From: a virus
IMG/VR virus record: IMGVR_UViG_3300045999_007505
Direction: 5' to 3' (one strand)
Length of the DNA: 64,000 nt
The notes beneath the pieces are model-generated. The model was not told the DNA's origin and did not search any database. It saw only the letters and a program-made list of their open reading frames with translations. The translations under genes and the position numbers were made by a program. Positions 59,994 through 64,000 of this stretch are shown here, piece after piece; within the stretch, counting starts at the first letter, position 1; each line of letters opens with the position of its first letter.

Positions 59994-61361
59994 TTATCTA
60001 ATCGTTTTTCTAATGCTGCCGTCTTCATAAATTTCAATAATGATACCGGTAGCAGTTTCATCTACTAGTTGTCCTAACAAATTGATTGTGCGGATTACTT
60101 GCTTGATTCTTTGTCTATTATCAATAGCAATTGGTCCATACTCTTTATTTGCACCATCGGTATCAAATTGACGTAAACGATAATAATTAAGTACTGGCAT
60201 AACATTGTCGTCAGTTAAATTGTATCGTAGTTCTTGCGTTGAATTGATTGCAGCATCCAATTGTCCAATTGATTGCCATTCCCAACCATCCGTACTTTTC
60301 TCAACTACAAAGTGACTTGAATTGTGTTCGGTTGCTGTAGCCCATTCTAAGTAGTTTGCAGTACCATATGCATTGCCTTCAAAGTATAACAACTCAACTG
60401 GTAATGCTCCGTTAGTAGTTATAAGATATACTAATGTCTGTTCGTTACAATTAAAAGCATTAAACGCTTTAACTCGAATTGCACCATTGGTTGTCGTTTG
60501 TGGCCACGTATGCGATATTGATGGACTATTAGAACCAGGTATATTCACCCAAAGTACGCCTGTCATTGATTGTGTATATGCCCACTGATATAAAGCACCA
60601 GGCACTGGTGGTATTGAGTATGTATATGTACTACCAGCAATGATTACATTAGGTCCTGTTACTGGTCCTGCAGGACCTAAACTAGGATTAACTGTTATTG
60701 TTATTGCAGCACATCCCGTACTAAATTGTCCTCCACTAAAATTTCTAGCCCAATATGTAGTTGTAGTAGGAGGAGAAACCAATAGCGAGTTACCCGTTCC
60801 AATCAGTGTTACGCCACATCCACCCGTATACCAATGTACAGTACCTTGTGCTCCATTTGCAACTAAGTTAGTAGGAGTGCCGCTACATAAAGGATTGACT
60901 GATGCAGCAATTGAAGTTGGATTATTTACTACTGCCACACAATTGGTTGAACGATATCCCAAGTTACGATTCTGTCCACAACCACAACTAGAAGAACAAC
61001 AGTTGCCTAAGTTCAAATAATATGTTCCTGTGGTCGTAGCCGTCCATGAAAGATATGTACCCAATCCACACCAATCATCATTTTGTGCTAAGCCTCCTGC
61101 TGTTGGTTGAGTAGATACCGTGAGGTATGGATCTGCAGAATAATAAGCTGACGGAGCAAATGAATTGCAATAAGTAAACTCATAGGTACATCCTGCTGTA
61201 GCTTGAAATGTAACATATCCCAAACAAGTATGATAAAAATACTGCCAAGATGTAGTTAATGAAATATTGCCCATTGGATTATTGCAATAGGCTTGTGCAT
61301 AAGTTGTTTGATTGATTAGTAATGCAACAAACAAAACTAGTTTAACTAGGATATTTTTCAT
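59994..61361 (-). CDS. Secreted beta-rich protein with T9SS-cargo-like C-terminus
   Basis: Signal peptide ending TYA-Q; Ig-like repeats; LPVELLYF...LEWATATEHNSSHFVVEKS..YYRLRQFD domain; terminal INLLGQ...IEIYEDGSIRK. Confidence 0.8.
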   Translation of the reverse strand: MKNILVKLVLFVALLINQTTYAQAYCNNPMGNISLTTSWQYFYHTCLGYVTFQATAGCTYEFTYCNSFAPSAYYSADPYLTVSTQPTAGGLAQNDDWCGLGTYLSWTATTTGTYYLNLGNCCSSSCGCGQNRNLGYRSTNCVAVVNNPTSIAASVNPLCSGTPTNLVANGAQGTVHWYTGGCGVTLIGTGNSLLVSPPTTTTYWARNFSGGQFSTGCAAITITVNPSLGPAGPVTGPNVIIAGSTYTYSIPPVPGALYQWAYTQSMTGVLWVNIPGSNSPSISHTWPQTTTNGAIRVKAFNAFNCNEQTLVYLITTNGALPVELLYFEGNAYGTANYLEWATATEHNSSHFVVEKSTDGWEWQSIGQLDAAINSTQELRYNLTDDNVMPVLNYYRLRQFDTDGANKEYGPIAIDNRQRIKQVIRTINLLGQLVDETATGIIIEIYEDGSIRKTIR

Positions 61362-61396
61362 AACACTCCGTTTCTTATAAATATAAGAGACTAATG

Positions 61397-63607
61397 TTAT
61401 CTTAGCAGTGTGAGGTGGCCTGTTAATTCATATCTAGCATCTGATTCTTTATCACCGAACCAAACTCTATAAGTATATACGCCATCCGGTACATAGCGAC
61501 TATCATATGTACCATCCCAATGTGCTGTTGGATTATATGATTCCCATACAATTTGTCCCCAACGATTATACACTACTAAACGAAACTCTGTAGGATCAAA
61601 CCCTGAGGTAAATACAGGACGCCATGTTTGATTGTATTGATTGCCATCTGGTGTAAAGCTGTTTGGTATGTAATATAATAATTGCGGACAACGTGATACT
61701 GTTACCGTTGTGGTTGCTGGTGGCGAAACACATCCATCGACCGTATGTGTTGCTTGTATTACATACATTCCGGCATTGTTCCATGACACTGTTAGTGTTG
61801 GCGATTGTGTTGTATTGCCTAGCAATGTCCATTCCGTCACGCCAGGAGCAGTAACTGTCGCTACGTATGTTGATGTAACAGAATCTCCTTCGCAAATTTG
61901 TATGAACTCATCATTTGGAGTAATTGCTAATACTTCCGGTTGCGGATATACCGTTACCGTTGCCGTTGCTGTAAATGGACAATTGCTTTGTGTATACGTA
62001 TATGATATTGTATTTGTCCCTACTGCTAACGTTGGATTAAACATGTTACCTATCATACCCGTTCCAGTAAACGTGCCACCAATTGGTAATGCAGTAAGTG
62101 TTGCATTTGCATCATATACACAAAATGGACCGAGAGCGTCAATTGTTGGAACAATATTTAATATGTACGTATTAACTGTAACTGGTGCACTAAGGCAACC
62201 AAATTGATTTGCTGCCACTACCTGAACGGCTCCGCCTACTAATCCTGCGTTTAACGCACTCCAATCTACTGCGATGGCACTTGTTCCTTGTCCCGATACA
62301 ATTGTGCCTTGCGATGTCCATGCGTATGTATAGCCAGGTTGTGTAGGTACTGAATACATTGCCGCCGTCTCGCCTAAGCATACAGTATCAAGTGACATGA
62401 TTGGTCCTGTGATAACTTGCGGTGGGTCTGTTAATGTGAAATTAGCAGTAACCGTACATCCATTGGCATCGGTAATCAATACGGAATATGTTCCTGCACA
62501 TAATGCTGTAGCCGTTTGAGTTGTTTGACCATTATCCCATTGAAATGTAAACGGTGCTGTACCATTGGTAGGCGTTGCAACAGCTGTACCATCACACGCT
62601 GCATTGCATACAGGATTAGTAAATACAGTCTGTGGTGTTTGAAGTGTTGGCGGACCTGGTACTACTTGAACCGTGTCTGGACCTAAGCCAGCGCCTGCAT
62701 TACATGTTGACCACCCGACATTACATAACGGATATTCTAAATGACAAGTATAATAAGCTCCACCTGCAGGAGGCGTTACTGTTATTTGATTTACATTTTG
62801 AGCAATTGGTACTGGATTACCTACTTGATACCAAACGAGTGTTGGAGTAACAGGAGCACCACTCGGTGTCCATCGCCAAGCATTATTTACTGCAGTCCAT
62901 TGTGTTGAGTTTCTTCCCGGTACTGGAACTGCCTGTGTTCCTGCAGCATTATGAATTCCTTGTACCGCAGTTCCGCCAGCCCATTGATTACAACCGGGCT
63001 TATTAGCAATATAACTTTCAATGTAGTTAGATGATTCATAAATTACTATATGAAATGTGCCTTGCAAATTGGTACATGAATACATAGGTACGCCGATCCA
63101 ACTTACTGTTAATTTTCTACAAGGAGCTGTACCTGATGTTTGATAACGTACTTGTCCTCCTATTCCAGGATGCCAATCCTGCCATGGTCCCATTATGCAA
63201 TTCTTTGGCACTGCAGCATTTGCTGTAGGTATTGCTAATGATGCAAATGTAACTGGCTGTGCTCCTGCACCTAATGATATCCAACCATTGGAACCTATTC
63301 GGAACTGGGTATAGGTTTGTCCATAAAAACAAAAAGTAAACCCAATGTTAAATGCGCCCGATTGCGAATCATCTCCTAGTGCAACTAACGCACCCGAATT
63401 GATTTGTGCTGCATAGGGTATGTTTGCAACAGCATACGAGGTTGTTTGATTGGGATTGCTACCTGGAGTACATTGTGATAGGTCTGCTGTCAGTGTTGCA
63501 GTGTTAACTCCGCAAGGAAGAATTTGATCTGGCCCTAATGCGGGACAATACTGAGAATAGGATATGGTGCTAATTAGCATCCAAATAAGTGCATATACGT
63601 GCTTCAT
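61397..63607 (-). CDS. Gliding-motility-associated C-terminal domain (T9SS type B sorting) protein with SprB-like repeat
   Basis: YIPNSFTPDG..N...YNRWGQIVW...WDG...GVYTY...GHLTLLR; GTAPFTFQW...LCAGTYSVLITDANGC repeat; signal ending SYS-Q. Confidence 0.9.
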   Translation of the reverse strand: MKHVYALIWMLISTISYSQYCPALGPDQILPCGVNTATLTADLSQCTPGSNPNQTTSYAVANIPYAAQINSGALVALGDDSQSGAFNIGFTFCFYGQTYTQFRIGSNGWISLGAGAQPVTFASLAIPTANAAVPKNCIMGPWQDWHPGIGGQVRYQTSGTAPCRKLTVSWIGVPMYSCTNLQGTFHIVIYESSNYIESYIANKPGCNQWAGGTAVQGIHNAAGTQAVPVPGRNSTQWTAVNNAWRWTPSGAPVTPTLVWYQVGNPVPIAQNVNQITVTPPAGGAYYTCHLEYPLCNVGWSTCNAGAGLGPDTVQVVPGPPTLQTPQTVFTNPVCNAACDGTAVATPTNGTAPFTFQWDNGQTTQTATALCAGTYSVLITDANGCTVTANFTLTDPPQVITGPIMSLDTVCLGETAAMYSVPTQPGYTYAWTSQGTIVSGQGTSAIAVDWSALNAGLVGGAVQVVAANQFGCLSAPVTVNTYILNIVPTIDALGPFCVYDANATLTALPIGGTFTGTGMIGNMFNPTLAVGTNTISYTYTQSNCPFTATATVTVYPQPEVLAITPNDEFIQICEGDSVTSTYVATVTAPGVTEWTLLGNTTQSPTLTVSWNNAGMYVIQATHTVDGCVSPPATTTVTVSRCPQLLYYIPNSFTPDGNQYNQTWRPVFTSGFDPTEFRLVVYNRWGQIVWESYNPTAHWDGTYDSRYVPDGVYTYRVWFGDKESDARYELTGHLTLLR

Positions 63608-63785
63608 AACTTGCCTTTAATATAAATATGTACAGTAAAAAACCCAAGCAGTTTCTGTTGATCAAACAGTCTTACTTGGGTGCGTTATGTGGTTATATGG
63701 TTTCCCAACTTCCCAATAACAAAAAGACCTACCCGGGTGCGCTCGATTGTGGTCACCACAGTCTAGAAGCGTGATAGGTACTTCG

Positions 63786-63901
63786 AAGTCAGGACAGGAT
63801 TCGAACCTGTAATGGGTATCTAGGATTTTACATGGACTCTCACCATACCATTGAATTTCACTAAGAATTATTTCTGCGTCTACCAATTCCGCCACCTGAC
63901 T
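63786..63901 (-). tRNA. tRNA-like element (Leu-type D and T arms) with an aberrant, enlarged anticodon region
   Basis: Acceptor AGTCAGG/CCTGACT, D arm GGCGGAATTGGTAGACGC, T arm ACAGGTTCGAATCCTGT; about 65 nt between them with no canonical anticodon arm; no encoded CCA. Confidence 0.6.
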
Positions 63902-63902
63902 A

Positions 63903-63977
63903 TGGTAGTCGGTACGGGATTCGAACCCGTGTGACAAGAATGAAAATCTTGTATCCTAACCCCTAGATGAACCGACC
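63903..63977 (-). tRNA. trnE: tRNA-Glu (UUC)
   Basis: GGTCGGT acceptor, CAAGA-TTTTCAT-TCTTG anticodon arm, ACGGGTTCGAATCCCGT T arm, encoded CCA. Confidence 0.95.
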
Positions 63978-64000
63978 ATAATTAAAAAGTTCCTAGATGC

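Noticed and set aside
63662-63937. 91-aa ORF
   Set aside because: Overlaps tRNA-Glu and the tRNA-like element.
1-64000. Alternative genetic code, introns/inteins, or a diversity-generating retroelement
   Set aside because: Long genes are intact under the standard code with TAA, TAG and TGA all used as stops; no insertions seen in terminase, primase or Rad50; no reverse transcriptase or template/variable repeat pair seen.

Overview
AT-rich segment of a large tailed dsDNA phage with T4-like (myovirus-type) morphogenesis genes. Almost all genes are on the minus strand and read cleanly with the standard code. A Bacteroidota host is inferred from T9SS-type cargo proteins, DUF4494-like and Hc1-like genes, Gln-after-signal-peptide proteins and TTG-N20-TAnnTT promoters. 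Layout: terminase large subunit and late/virion genes (1-8 kb); Mre11-Rad50 fusion, primase and endonuclease I (8-13 kb); tail/baseplate block (13-28 kb); gp55-like sigma, HD protein, UvsE and small genes (28-39 kb); a cluster of late genes sharing an N-terminal M-I/K-R/K-L-x-x-L/I-L/V-x-E-type leader (39-45 kb, also 13 kb, and a related leader at 32-33 kb); an array of about 15 one-promoter/one-gene early cassettes (45-52.6 kb) bracketed by a G-tract and a phased CTAAAAAT repeat array; accessory genes, two T9SS-type secreted proteins and tRNA(-like) genes (54-64 kb). The best candidate for an undescribed system is a leader-tagged, protease-processed set of virion-packaged payloads (minimal kinase, multidomain peptidoglycan hydrolase, annexin-like and Ig-like domains, nucleotidyltransferase/ligase). 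All family assignments come from motif recognition by eye; no searches were run.
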